Of a DNA stretch of 64,000 bases, positions 27,669-40,420 are shown piece by piece. The position numbers were made by a program, and so were the translations under genes. Where the stretch lies: NCBI RefSeq assembly GCF_009834535.1, contig NC_045696.1, forward strand, positions 114,020,001-114,084,000, read 5' to 3'. Origin of the DNA: Camelus ferus. Its lineage: Eukaryota. Each line of letters starts with the position of its first letter. The stretch's first letter is position 1. The notes under the pieces are model-generated. The model was not told where the DNA came from, did not search any database, and was given only the letters and a program-made list of their open reading frames with translations.

Positions 27669-29414
27669 AGAAAGATAGTAGCCTGAGATCCTTTATAGGA
27701 CATTAGGTAAAATCCCTACAGCCCTCAATAACTCAGCAGTTTCATGATCAATCACTATATTACAAAACAAGGTCCTAAACGAACAAGAAAGTGTTAAATT
27801 CAGTGTACTGTTTCAGAGGGCAGGGAAACGCAAAACTTATTTTAGAAGCACATTTTATCCTAAATGATAAAATAACAAAAACTTGAAAACTTGAAAGGAT
27901 ACATTTCAGTTGTTCAACAAATTCACTCAGGCAGAACACTTCATCTTCCAAAAACACACAATCAGACAATTTTTCCACCTTACTCTTCTTTCTCCAACTA
28001 CTTCATCAATCCTGAGTATTGGCTTTTAAAAGTGGCCCTTTCCCTGATGTTTTTTTGGGGAAAATCCCACCTGCCCTTCAAGGTTCAGCATGGGAACCCC
28101 CCCCCAACTATTCCAGCCTTCACTGTTCTATTTTAAATGCTGCCATACACATGGTCTGCCTCTAACATTATACAACTCTTTATATTCACATGATGGTTTA
28201 ATTGTTTGTTCTAAGAGCCTTCATACACATTTTTATATTTTATCTTTTTATCAAGAGTATAAATTCAGTAAAAAATAAGGGACTTGTTCAATTTCTCAAT
28301 GGCAAATCTTGGACCAAAATTTAGAGGTGCTGACTCCAATGAGAAAGAGGTGCTCAAAAGGTTTTTGGTGAATAAATGAACAAGGCTGCTGGATGAATTA
28401 TCTTACTACATCAATATGCCACACTTCCTCTGTATACCACCTAATATTTTTCTCTAATTATTTCAAGTGAGTCAGCCTTATTTCAACAGCTAAGGTAATA
28501 AGCTCCTAAAGAAGCCACATCTTACACTATTCAAGGTCCCCGAAGCACTGCACACTTGGAGATGAACTGATTAAAATGTCAAGCTACCCATGGACACTGA
28601 AAATAGTCATTGCTGTCGCACTGCATCATCAGAAAAGAAAAACTGGAAAACACTAAAGAAAATGTTTATCTTAAAAAAAAATTTCCCCTCCCATCCCAGG
28701 AAATTGTATGACAGCTTAAAACCAAATCACGTCATGGAGGAATGTTTAATAAACATATTAAGAACCTGTTTAGAACTGTATTGTATAGAATGTTTTTAGC
28801 TTAAGTAGTAGCTTATACCTTTCAAAAACTATTATTCTACAAAACTAGTGATGGTGGTAGGTCTTGCTGTAAGACATAAGAACTAAGACGATTCACATAC
28901 CTGTGAGAATGATGCAAAGTACCCCACACTGAGTGTAATTAACATAAAAAACTAGAAATTATATTTTAAGGGGAAAAAGCTGTTTCAGCTGACAGTAAAC
29001 ACAACCTCAATTAACGAGTTTTGTAAACATTAAAAACTATTAAGTTAATTTAGTGATAAAATGTTCGACGTAACCTCCTAATGATGTTTCCCATCATCTT
29101 CTCTTCACCGACACTAGCCCAGCTGATGAGACTTCCACATACCAGCGAAAACGAACAACCTTTACCAAGAGATACTAACAACCAAGCAATCTAGGGTCAC
29201 ACCTAAGATACTTACTTACGTGTACGCTTAGCTTTTTAGAGAAAAATAAAGCATTCAGAAGTTCTCTGCCTTAACAACTGCAAAAATATTTGAGTACCTA
29301 TTATATGCAATAGACCGTATTGAGAAGATAGTGAATTATATATGTCATATGCCTTCATCATCCTCAAAACAGATGAAGGTAAATGCACGTAACCCTTCTA
29401 AATAATAGTAACTT

Positions 29415-29610
29415 CATCAACAACTAACCGGTGTTAGCCCTTATGTGCCGGGCACTACCTTTACATGTATTAACTCATGTCATCCTCACACAAACAAGTG
29501 GGATTTTACAGGCAGGGGAACTGAGATAGAGAAATTATATAACTAGACAAAGAGGTTAAATATATAAAACCTAGGCAGTCCCTTCGGAAGAAACCACCAT
29601 GCAAGACTGC
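29415..29610 (-). mobile_element. MIR SINE
   Basis: tatgtgccgggcactac...tcatcctcaca...attttacaggcaggggaactgag. Confidence 0.65.
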
Positions 29611-30499
29611 CTCTCTAACTCAAAGACACACGTGCTGGGGGTGCACTGAGAGCAGAGAAAATGACAGAACAAAGGTGACCTTTGAGCTAGGCCTGGAAAT
29701 CCCGATGGAAGGAGTGGAGAAAAGGCTGTGCTGATGCACCCTCAGAGGGAAGGCTCCACAACCCTCTGCCTGGCGTCTGCACACACAGGATGCAGGCAGG
29801 AACGGCCCACGTGCACAGGAAATGTTTGAGAGTACACCTATGCCAACCCTGGCTTCAACAGTAGCCTCTGCTGTTCTCCAAGCATAATATCCCTGACAGC
29901 TCTTTCCCAGTGGCAAAAATGAAGCATGTACATTGACCACACGTAATTGCATGTCCCAAGAGAACAGGAGCCAGACGCATGCAAAAGCCAGACACGCTAC
30001 CGGCAATGCCTCCTTCTCCGGTGAGAGGCACACTAGCCTGAAGAAAGACAGTCAGATATGACTCAGGCACAGCCGGCTGTGTCCAGTCCACAGTCAGAGT
30101 CGGGCTGCGAGTTCTCACAGTGCCCCCAGCTACGCCATCCCGGCCTGACTAGACAACATTCAGACGGGCAGCATCGGGCTTCCCAAGGGTAAAGCCTTCC
30201 CTCTTGAGCCCAAATATGGAAACTGGTTGAATAAGTAATATGCATAATCTTGGAAAATTATAAGAGAAACTGTAAACTCTTGAAACTTCAGTGCAACCTG
30301 ACAGTCTCTATTCTTATTACTTTCCTGGTGGTGAGAGTAACTACAATTTTGTAGTATTCCACTTTTTTGTTCACTTAAAAACTTCATGGCCAATTGCAGA
30401 CACACTCACCAAGAACGGAGTACTCTCCCCTGCTCTCTCTCGGCCCCACAGGGACCTCTGTCCTGCCTCCTCCTACTCCCTGGGCGGCTAGCTCCTTCT

Positions 30500-31555
30500 G
30501 CCTCCCCTCCTGGCCCCTCCTCCTTTACCATCTCCAAATGCCACAGTCTCAGAGAGTTTAGTCTTGGTCCTCTTCTTTTTCCATTCCCTTTCCATACATA
30601 AATTCATCAGTTCTGGTGGATTTAAGTATCTTTATGATGACAACTTCAGATGGATATTTCCCGCTCTTCACTGCCCAACTCACGTTCAACTGCCTGTTTC
30701 ACATCTTCATTCGAATGGCTCACAGACATTTCACAATGAATACCTCCAAAACAGAACTCACGACCCACTTCCCTCCACAAATCTTCCCCTTCGAAGAACA
30801 GGCACCGCCATTTTCCCAACAGAATCAAATCTGACCTGATTTTTCCCATTCCTCTAAAATTCCCCTCAACTCCGCCACCTATCCATCAGCAAGTCCTGCC
30901 GATTCTCCTATCAAACATACACTTCAGTTTACCCGCTTTCTATCTCCACTGCTGCCACCAAGTCCAGAACCTACCTCACCTGGGTGACTGTGTTAGCCTC
31001 CAATCTTGTCCGCCCCTCCAATCTAGCTGCCAGATCGCTCTTCACAAAAGCCAGACTCTGCTCAATCTGGCCCCAGGCTCACTGTGCAATCTTACCTTGT
31101 GCCCCAGCATACCCGGGCAAACTCCACACTCACCGTCACTCCAGCCACACCAGACCTCTCCCACCAGCTCCAACGCCACAGCACGTGTCTGCCTTAGTCT
31201 CAGCACAAGTCGTGACATTAAGGGTCCTCCACACCTCACGTAGTGAACATCTTTTCTAATTTACTTCTCTGTCTAGACGTCGTCTCCTTAAGAAAAGCCT
31301 TCCAAACCCAAAGTAAAAGTAGACTCCCACTCTCAAAGTCACCCCTTGTTTGTTTCTTCATTGTACTTGTCTGTTTATTGCCCCTTCCCCGTGAGGTCAT
31401 TTTGGATTTTTTTTTCCCAAGAAGTCCCAGTGTATCTTCACAGACGCATAGGCTGGTGAAGACACTTTTGTCTTGTCTGTAATTGCACCCCCAGTACCCA
31501 GCACAAGGCTGATCACATAATAGGCCCTTAGAAAATGTGTTTAATGTGAAATGAA
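30500..31555 (+). mobile_element. L2 fragment
   Basis: tccaaaacagaactc...ccatcagcaagtcctgccgattct...tctccactgctgccacca..., ending cagcacaaggctgatcacataataggccct...tgaaatgaat. Confidence 0.75.
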
Positions 31556-34519
31556 TATCAACCTCAAAATGCATCCTACCCAGCTTATTTTTATTATTCA
31601 CTTAACCTAGTAATAGTTATTTTCTCAATACAACAGCATCTCACATATTCTTATTCAAGAATATAGTTTTATTTTGCTGTTTCTCAGGGCCCAATACCAT
31701 TTTGAGCCTATTCAAAGGCTTCCCTATTAATCTCTGACCAGCTGCTTTGTCAAACATGAAAGTTATTCTTATCCCTGAGACAAATTCCTACCACTTAACA
31801 ATGTGGCAAAATGCATTTCTGCTCTCTCTTGCCCTAATTCTAATAAGCACTTAGAAACTGAGACCCTCATTTATCCTAAGCCCACAGGGACCAAGATGTC
31901 AGCAGACCCCCTCCTTCCCAAGTCTTCAGCAGACTATGGGTGTCAATGCCCACAGTCCCTGACCACGCCTAACTTGTAACACTAATGCTGTGAGCACATA
32001 AATGTCAATTTAAGCCTGCCCGATCTCTTACCTAGAAAGGTGTGCTTACTCAAATACAGTCTGCACTTCGTAGATTAGTCAAAACTTCCCAGTTGGATCC
32101 CCAGCTGATGGGCTGGACCACGGAGAAGCTGACGGACACTGGGTGCATTTTACAAGTATATGTCCACCTGAATGTACATGTGTCAAACTAATGTCCATCT
32201 CTGACCACCTGCCACAGAGAAAGCCAAAATTTACTATCTCCAAAATCCAGTCAGGAGTCCCCAACTGGCTAATTACAAAGCTATACTCAACTTGGTCCTG
32301 TCCCAGTCCAAACCCCTGACTTCCTAAAATGACAGCAAGAAAAGGGATAACAGGTTATTTCAAATATGGAGAATGATGACATCAGAAACCACGTACAACT
32401 CTACTTCTCTGTCAGTAACCAACCCACTGGCCCACTTCTCTGGTGAGCTCAAAAACTGGAAGAACGGCTCGGCAGATTTAAAAGCTGGACACATCTGGCC
32501 CGTATATAACCTGAAGAAGGAGAATCAGTTTTGGATAACTACCATATGATCACTTTGATAAACACTTACTAAATGTTTGATAACACCCTTATTTACATAT
32601 TTGGTGAGGTTACCATGAATTTAGTACTTAAAACACTTTGTTCGCTCTATTATTCAGAACACTGTAATTCATATTCCATGGTTTTTAAATACTCTATTTT
32701 CACCTTATACCACATAGTAAGTTATTAATTTCCCATTAATACAGTTAATTAACAACAGAGTAAGTCTGTTACACAAATACTGAAGACTACTTGTAACACT
32801 GTGGGGTTCATTTTACCTTTTGGGCAAAGCTAACTTATAATGAAGTTCTTTTGGTACCACAATAACTAAAGCCACTTAGATTAAGTCCAGGCCACTTGGG
32901 TGGTGCCAGAAGTGCCTTATCCTCACTCAAATTTAAAGCAAAATGCACAAGGTTTTGTTTCAATGTATTAAGACAAAACATCTCTTCTATGAACTTTTAA
33001 AATTTTTAAAAACTTAAAAAATTTCTAAAGAATTTGATACCAATACAACAGGATTGTAAATTTAACTCCTTTGCCCCCTCTTAAAATGTGTCTGTTCCTT
33101 TCCCCCACCTCAGATTCCAGCTGTTTGCAAAGTCGGACCACAGCACTGCTTAACACCATTTCTAAGTCAAGCAGTGGCAGGGCACTTACTGAAGTGATGC
33201 ACAAGGGCCTGCAAAGCAGACAAGTCTTCCCTCTTATCCTGGGGGATCTGACAGCTAACTCAGACAGAGCTGAGAGGGACCTCTCCGCTCCAATCCCGCC
33301 CACCTGAGCTGAGGAGGCCTGCCTCCCAAGCCCCTATGGCCCTACCTTCTCAGGTTCTAAACCTCTGTCTCCGGCCTGAGGCTCGGGCCAGCACTAGTAC
33401 CCCTCCTGCAGACTGCTCTGCTCACTCCCCGACCATGTGGAATCCAAAGACTGCATGGGCTGGGCTCCATCTCCTGCTGACTTGAGGCTAACACCAAAAC
33501 ATCAACTGCTGAAGCAAGAAGCAGGGTTGCCACTCTTCAGAAACCTTTCCTGCTTCCGGCAAGGGCTTCCCTCCAGCATGTGCAGCTGAATCTGCCACCT
33601 TCTTCCAGTTCATCATTTGTACGCAGGTCTCAGATCATTCTGCTCTATCTAACACAGCAGGCCACAGAATTCTGCCCTGGCCTACAGACGTGACAGTCAT
33701 CTTTTCATAAGATTGGACAAAAGTTTTAAAATAAGTATCTCTTAATAAGATCGTAAATAAAACAGGTGGTCCACATGCATGTGAAGAGAGCAGTGGTAGT
33801 TTCTTTAGCATAGCCTGTCATTTGAAATCTTTAAAACCTTGAATTTTCTTTTAATTCTAAGATTTCTGGCTCATGGAAAAACCATGTCAGAAAAAACGCA
33901 ACCCAAATAAAACATATTTTCTTCGTTAGTATTTATTCAATTTCTAAGGAAGCCAATAAATTCTCCAAGACCAAAGGGAGCAGAGGGAAACCATGAGGAT
34001 TCCAAACAGTTTGTTACATAGTTTGATAGACTTGAAGGTATGTATACTGAACCAAATGAATATTCAAAAGATTTGCACTAGATGATTCAGTCAATTCATG
34101 TTAGCACCTGATTAACAATAAAATTTTTCTTTCATGACTATGTCAGATAAGCAGAGCTTATGAAACAACATGCAACGGTCTGGGACCTATGAAACTGACG
34201 CGTATCAGTTTATGCCCCTAAACCCCACACCAGGCTCTTATTCCTCATGTTCTTCATGTATCATTATTTTCTTATAAATTTGAAAGTTGTAAATAAAGAA
34301 GGAAATAAAAGTCTCACTTAATAACTCATACACAGAACTGGTAACAAGTAAACAGGCTTTTTTACTAAAATAGCCAGGCCAATAAACTACATATATGACA
34401 TACAATAGTCCCCAAGGAGAAGAAAAGAGGGAAAATGAGTCACCATCCATGCATGAAGAGCAAAAGTTAATAAAAATACGCTTGATTTGTCCGGGGCCTA
34501 CCAGCTGGGAAACACCAGT

Positions 34520-34860
34520 CCAGGACTACCCTGCATGTGACACCCAGAAATCCCTCTGACACAGCAAACGGATTCATCTCTAATTCCTCCACAGACGGGC
34601 ACATACTACCTCCTGAAGTCATCCACTATTTCTCTGGACAGCTCTGAATGAAGATGAAAACTTTTATCAGGAAAAAAAATGGTTTCCTTCTAATTGAACA
34701 CAGCAGTGCTAGTTCTGCCCCCTGAAATCACGCAGAATAAGATTAACCTCTCTTCCATTTTATGGCCCTGAAAACAGTTAGGCATGGCTATTATGACCTC
34801 TCACTTCCCCAGACAAGATAACCCCAATTTCTTTCATACGTACTTCATGATCATGGGTAA
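34520..34860 (-). mobile_element. Probable L3/CR1 fragment
   Basis: tactacctcctgaag...tggacagctctg...ctagttctgccc...cagaataag resembles antisense CR1/L3 RT sequence; highly decayed. Confidence 0.4.
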
Positions 34861-35397
34861 GAATTCCCAGTTTTCTTTGTTTATACTAACAGTATCTCAA
34901 TTTTCTAACTGTATAAAACATGCTCATTCTGTCAATGAAGTAAGCGGCACAGTGACCTGTCAGAGCTGAATGCTGGACCTGGCTCTGTCACTGAACTGCA
35001 CATCTTTGGAGAACTGGTGTTTTCTCTCTGGACTGGAGAGTGCCATACCATAAGCTTTCCAGGTTCAATATCCTGTATGTCTATCTAAAAACAATGGTTT
35101 CAATATCACTCTCATTTTGTTAAAAAGTAAAAAATAAATATTTAACCAATACTTTACAATATTAATATTTTCAAGGGCCTTTTCTCAATTAAGGGCACTG
35201 TGTGTGATGCTGTAAAAAAAAATAACAGTATTTAGCAGTCCCTGGGGCGTAGAATGTAACAGTGGTAGGAGGGAGACAAATAAATACATAACTATCAACA
35301 CTCTTTTAAAAGGTTAAAATGACCTGGTAGTTTACTCTTAACCCAAAACTGAAGTTAAGCGTAAGTTTAAGCTTAAGAAGTTCTTATTTTTCTAGAT

Positions 35398-35597
35398 CTG
35401 TGCTATGTGATATAGTAGCTACTAGTCACATAGGGTTACCCAAATTTAAATTAAGTAAAATTAGAAACTCACTTACTCAGCTAGACTGGCCACCTTCAAG
35501 TACTAAACAGCCACTAGCAGGGGCCAGGAGCTACTGCACTGGATGACAGACACAACACTTTCACTGTGACGGCAAGTCCCGCTGGGGAAGCGCTGCT
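35398..35597. mobile_element. MER3-like hAT-Charlie MITE
   Basis: ctgtgctatgtgatatagtagctactagtcacat...aaattaagtaaaattagaaactca... resembles the MER3 consensus as I recall it; degenerate termini. Confidence 0.65.
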
Positions 35598-35654
35598 CTG
35601 GATTGATTCACCTGTACCCATTTTGCAAAAGGAAGACAGCATAGCAAGTCCCCC

Positions 35655-35900
35655 AAAACACCTAGGCTCTGAAGTCAGGAATACCAAGGCTGAAATCCTA
35701 GTTCTGACTCTTCCTTTCTGTGTGACCTTGAACAAGTTACTTAACCTCTCTCAGCCTGTCTTCCTACCCATAAAATACAGTCTAACACTAGCATCTACCT
35801 CAAAGACTGTCATGAAGATTAAATAAGATAACGCTGTTAAGTTAAGGCACTCAGTACCCTGCCTTGAACACTGGAAGCATTCAATAACTCTTAGCCGCTA
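35655..35900 (+). mobile_element. MIR SINE
   Basis: tgtgtgaccttgaacaagttacttaacctctctcagcct. Confidence 0.75.
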
Positions 35901-38900
35901 GCATAATTAACTGTATTTATTCATTCATAGGTACACTGAACATCAACTAAATGCTAAAACTTTAAGTACAGAGATTAAAGAAAGAGCTCTCACCCAAGTG
36001 GATAAAACAGGTAAAGGGGCTGTACAATGGGGGGTGGGAGCAAGGAGTGCTGGGTTCAAGGTGGACAGAATGGCAGGTGCCAAGGCAGGAACTTCTGGTA
36101 CGAGGGCTCTGCCTCTCCTCGTGGTGATTTCAGAGCATTACTAGGCTTCATCTTCCATGTAGGAGACAGTGGAAAGAGAGTCTACCTGCTATGTGCTGGA
36201 TGAGAAAGTGAATTTTAGCCTATTACGTGACTGTATGACACATTTTAGAATAATGTGCTGCTTCCACATAAAAATGTAATTAGTTATACCTTTAAAGGCA
36301 TTCCATCAAGTCCCTAACCTAAAGTATGTGGACAGTCTAAATAAACAGTTCTAAATGAACATTTACAAAAAACAAAGTCAAAAAGCAAATTTTGGCAACA
36401 TTCAATTTAAAAATCCAAATTTATACTGTTCTCAAAATAAAAATTACTAACAAAATAAAGTCTTACTTGGTATCTGCAATAATTCCTAGTTGATAAAAGA
36501 GATTTAAGCCAAAGAATGTAATAATCACTGTAAAGAAATGCTTTGTGTGTACTAAAGAATAGTTTTCAGGACATCTTTAAGCATAAAATAGCTATAGAAA
36601 TTAAAATATTACATGTTAGAGAGTAATATGACACTTTCTATCTAAAGTATGTGAGTAATAAATATGAAATAATAACCAGTTATAAAACTGGGAAAACTAA
36701 AATAAGTGATAAAATGTTCTGCTGCTGTTATAAAATACAATCTGAATGTGATCATTTAATACATGTTTTTCCAGACACATTCTTGTACTGTTCTTAAGGC
36801 AACAAAGATTAGAAAAAATGACATATCAGAGACACAAATTATGGTCACTAAACTCACTTTATCACTCACCATTTTCTTTCATTATGAAATAAATATTTTT
36901 AAAATCTATGGTTAAAGGTAGATATAAAAAAGTAACATCTTGAAGTAAGAAAGTAAGGAATTTCCCTGGCAATTTTATTGACTTATGTCTTCCCCAAGTC
37001 CAATTTTAAAGTAAAGGTACGCCAACAGCAAACAATTACACCTAAAGTTCACCCTGTGAAGTAACAACCCCTTACAGCTCTGTGTTGGTTGTGCCCCAGG
37101 TGAAAAGTGAGCCTTGACGTAAAGGCAAAAAGAAAACCATACATATACTCGTGGCAGTAAGGAAGGAGTGCACACCAAATATCATAAAAGAAGATACGGA
37201 AATGAGAATATAAACAAGTTTGAAATTCCTGAAATTCTGAACTGCCAGTGGAACACAAGGTAGGCCCAGGCTTCCTCATTCCTAGCCACTCGTACACACA
37301 CTCCAACTCTGCAGCCATCCGGCCCACAGGTGCTACTCCAACGCAGGTGCTACTCCAACACAGGTGCTACTTCAAACAATCTTTAGCTGTTCTAACCACT
37401 TAGTGCAATTCAAATGTTCCTTAAAGACTCATCTTTGTAAAGTCTAAGCAAAATCACTCAATGCTTCAGCAAAGGAGTGAGTAAAAATTCCTCGACTATC
37501 TGTAGTAAAGAAAGGAGAGATGGATATGAGTAATTCAGTATCCAAATAACGTGGGCCCTCAACGTATATTTAATTTCATCATGTTAATGACCCCTCATAA
37601 GAGGCTCTCCAGCATCCTGCTACAAATACATGCTTACATCACCTTTCAGTTATTCATATTGTTTACTTACTAGTAATCTGCCTTGCTCCACAAAGACTCT
37701 GAAGTGGCTTAAAATTTTTTATGTAATAAGAAAGTACAAAATGAAGAACTGATATAAGGTGAGGAAAAAAGAGTAAAAAAATAACATACAACCAGAGTTG
37801 AGGTTTCTAAACAAAATGCAGTTAATTACTAAGGTCCAAGAGTAAATAAGGCTATTAGTTTCACGGCAATCAAAGTAGAGAGGGAAGCATTATCAATTTT
37901 AAGATGTGCAGAGGCCACAGGTATTGGCAGCTTCTGTCAATAGTACCATCATTTTCCTGGCCTTGGTTCTCTAAGCACCTATATGTCTTATCTCTCAATC
38001 AGTTATAACCAGATCTTCACCTGGATATCTTCTTGTAGCCTACACTTGTCCTACCACAATACATACTGAAGTGTAGGGGAACATGACCTAGAGTCAGGCT
38101 GAGTAACAGGGGAAAACAGTTTGGCATTAAAACTGCAGACATATGCAGCCACTGACTTAACTGTCAAATGTAAAGAAATCCTTTACCTGGACAAGTGACA
38201 GTAATAACATAACACTAACACATATACCCACACAAACACACACACATGAGAGTGTCAGAGAAATCACTATATTCAAACAATTAATTTTCAAAATGTTCCA
38301 ACTAAATATCATACCATGGGATTCAGAAAAATGAACCATAGTACAAATGATATCTTAGAATGCCTAGTATGTTGATTTTTTTTCTTAACTGAACCACAAA
38401 TAGCTAGCCAGAAAATTTTAAACATATTTCTCTATCTAGTCACACATGTGGAAAAATAAAAGATGAAAGATCAGAAAATGTGGGTTTAAATCCAAATCAA
38501 CCATTTCTAGTTGTGAAGCCCTGCGCAAGTTACTGAACCTCAGGAGTTTTACCGGTGGCTGAAAAGACTAAATGACATCATATATGTAAAATCCATTAAA
38601 AACTATAAAATGCTATATAAATATTGCTGTAATGACCAAAAAGGAAAACAATCAGTAATAATAATTAAGATTTTTGCACTGGTAGCTCTTGGTAGAGATC
38701 ACATCTATATAGACACTGTCCCCAATTTCTATCTCAATGCCTTCCTGTTTTATGATATAGCTTTGAAAAATGTTAACCCCCACACGCATTTTCCCTATAT
38801 GCTGGTTCAGTTACTGTGATCTGGAAAGTACATTTTCCTCTATTAAATGGCTCTTGTCAACAGAAAGGTGAGACAGTGGTGAGGTTTATGCCAGTCACGG

Positions 38901-38954
38901 CCTCTTCTTTTCCAGGAATGCTTTAACTAATGAGTTAAAACAATGAAAAGTACA

Positions 38955-40420
38955 TCAGTTAGAGGACTTACAGTTTCTGATTCAAAACTTACTACAAAGT
39001 ACAGTAATCAAGACTGGTAGATAGTCTTGATTAGATTAAGATAAGATTATATTAAGAACAGACATGGATCAATGGAATAAAATTAAGAGTTCGGAAATAA
39101 ACCTTCACATTTATGATCCATTGATTTTTCAAGTAAGGATATGAAGACAACTGTAGGGGGGAAATGGTCTTTTCAGCAACTGGGTATCCAAAAGATGAAC
39201 AATGAAGTTGGACCTCTGCCTCACACCACATACAAAATGGATCACAGACCAAAATACAGAAACTAAAACTAAAAAATTCTTATTAGAAAAATGTAGGTGT
39301 AATCTTACTCTTGGGTTAGGCAATTGTTTCTTTAAAATGATACTAAATACACAAAGCAACAAAAGAAAAAAATTGGACTTCATCAAATTTTAAAACTTTA
39401 AAGCTTCAAAGGTCACTATTAAAAAAGTGAAAACACTATCCACAAAATGGAAGAAAATATTTGCAAACCATATATCTGATGGAACTTGTATTCAAGATAA
39501 ATAAAGAACACTTACAATTCAACAACAAAAAGACAAAAACTCAATTTTAAACTACTCAAAGAATTTGAATGCACATTTCCTCAAAGAAGATACAAAAATC
39601 TCTAATAAGCATATGAAAAGATGGTAATCATCATCATTATTCAACAGAATAATGCAAATCAAAACCACAATGACATAATTCTTCACCCCTCCCAGGATGG
39701 CTATCATCAAAAACACAGACAATAACAACTGCCAAGGTTGTGGAGAAACTGGAATTCTCATACACTACTGGTAGGAAGGTAAAATGGTACAGCCGCTTTG
39801 GAATAGTCTGGCAGCTCCCCCAAAGGTTAAACATAATTACTATATGACCCAGCAATACTCCTAGGTATCTATCCAAGAGAAATGAAGACAAATGTCCACA
39901 AAAAACTTCGTACACAAACGTTCACAGCAGTTGTATTCACAATAACCAAAGAGTGGAAACAACCCAAATGTCCATGAACTAGTGAATGGACAAATAAAAT
40001 GTAGCATATCCATTCAATGCAATATTATTCAGAGGCAAAAAAAAAAGTAAAACACTGATGAACATTACAATACAGCTGAAACCTGAAAACATTATGCTTT
40101 ATGAAAGAACCCGACAGTCACAAAAGACCACATATTGTATGATTCCATTTACACAAAATGTCCAGAGGCAAATCTATAGAGACAGAAAGTAGACTCATAG
40201 TTGCCCAGGGCTCCATGGTGGTAAAACTGGGAAAGAGGGAAAGAGTGATTGATAAAAGGTATGGTGTATCTTTTTAGTGTGATCAAAATGTAAAATTGAT
40301 TTGTTTGATCAAAATGTGTAATTGACTATTCTGGGTATAAAACTCTGTGAATACACTAAAAGCACTGAATTTTACATTTTAAATTGTATCTCAATAAAGC
40401 TGTTACAATTAAAAAATAAA
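38955..40420 (+). mobile_element. Old L1 (L1MB-like) 3' part of ORF2 and 3'UTR
   Basis: Degenerate ORF2 (MKLDLCLTPHTK...; acttactacaaagtacagtaatcaagac); 3' end tatctcaataaagctgtt. Confidence 0.88.

Noticed and set aside
37327..37376. Short direct repeats as a CRISPR-like array (also 1743-1794)
   Set aside because: No unique spacers, only 2-3 units, mammalian intron, no cas genes.
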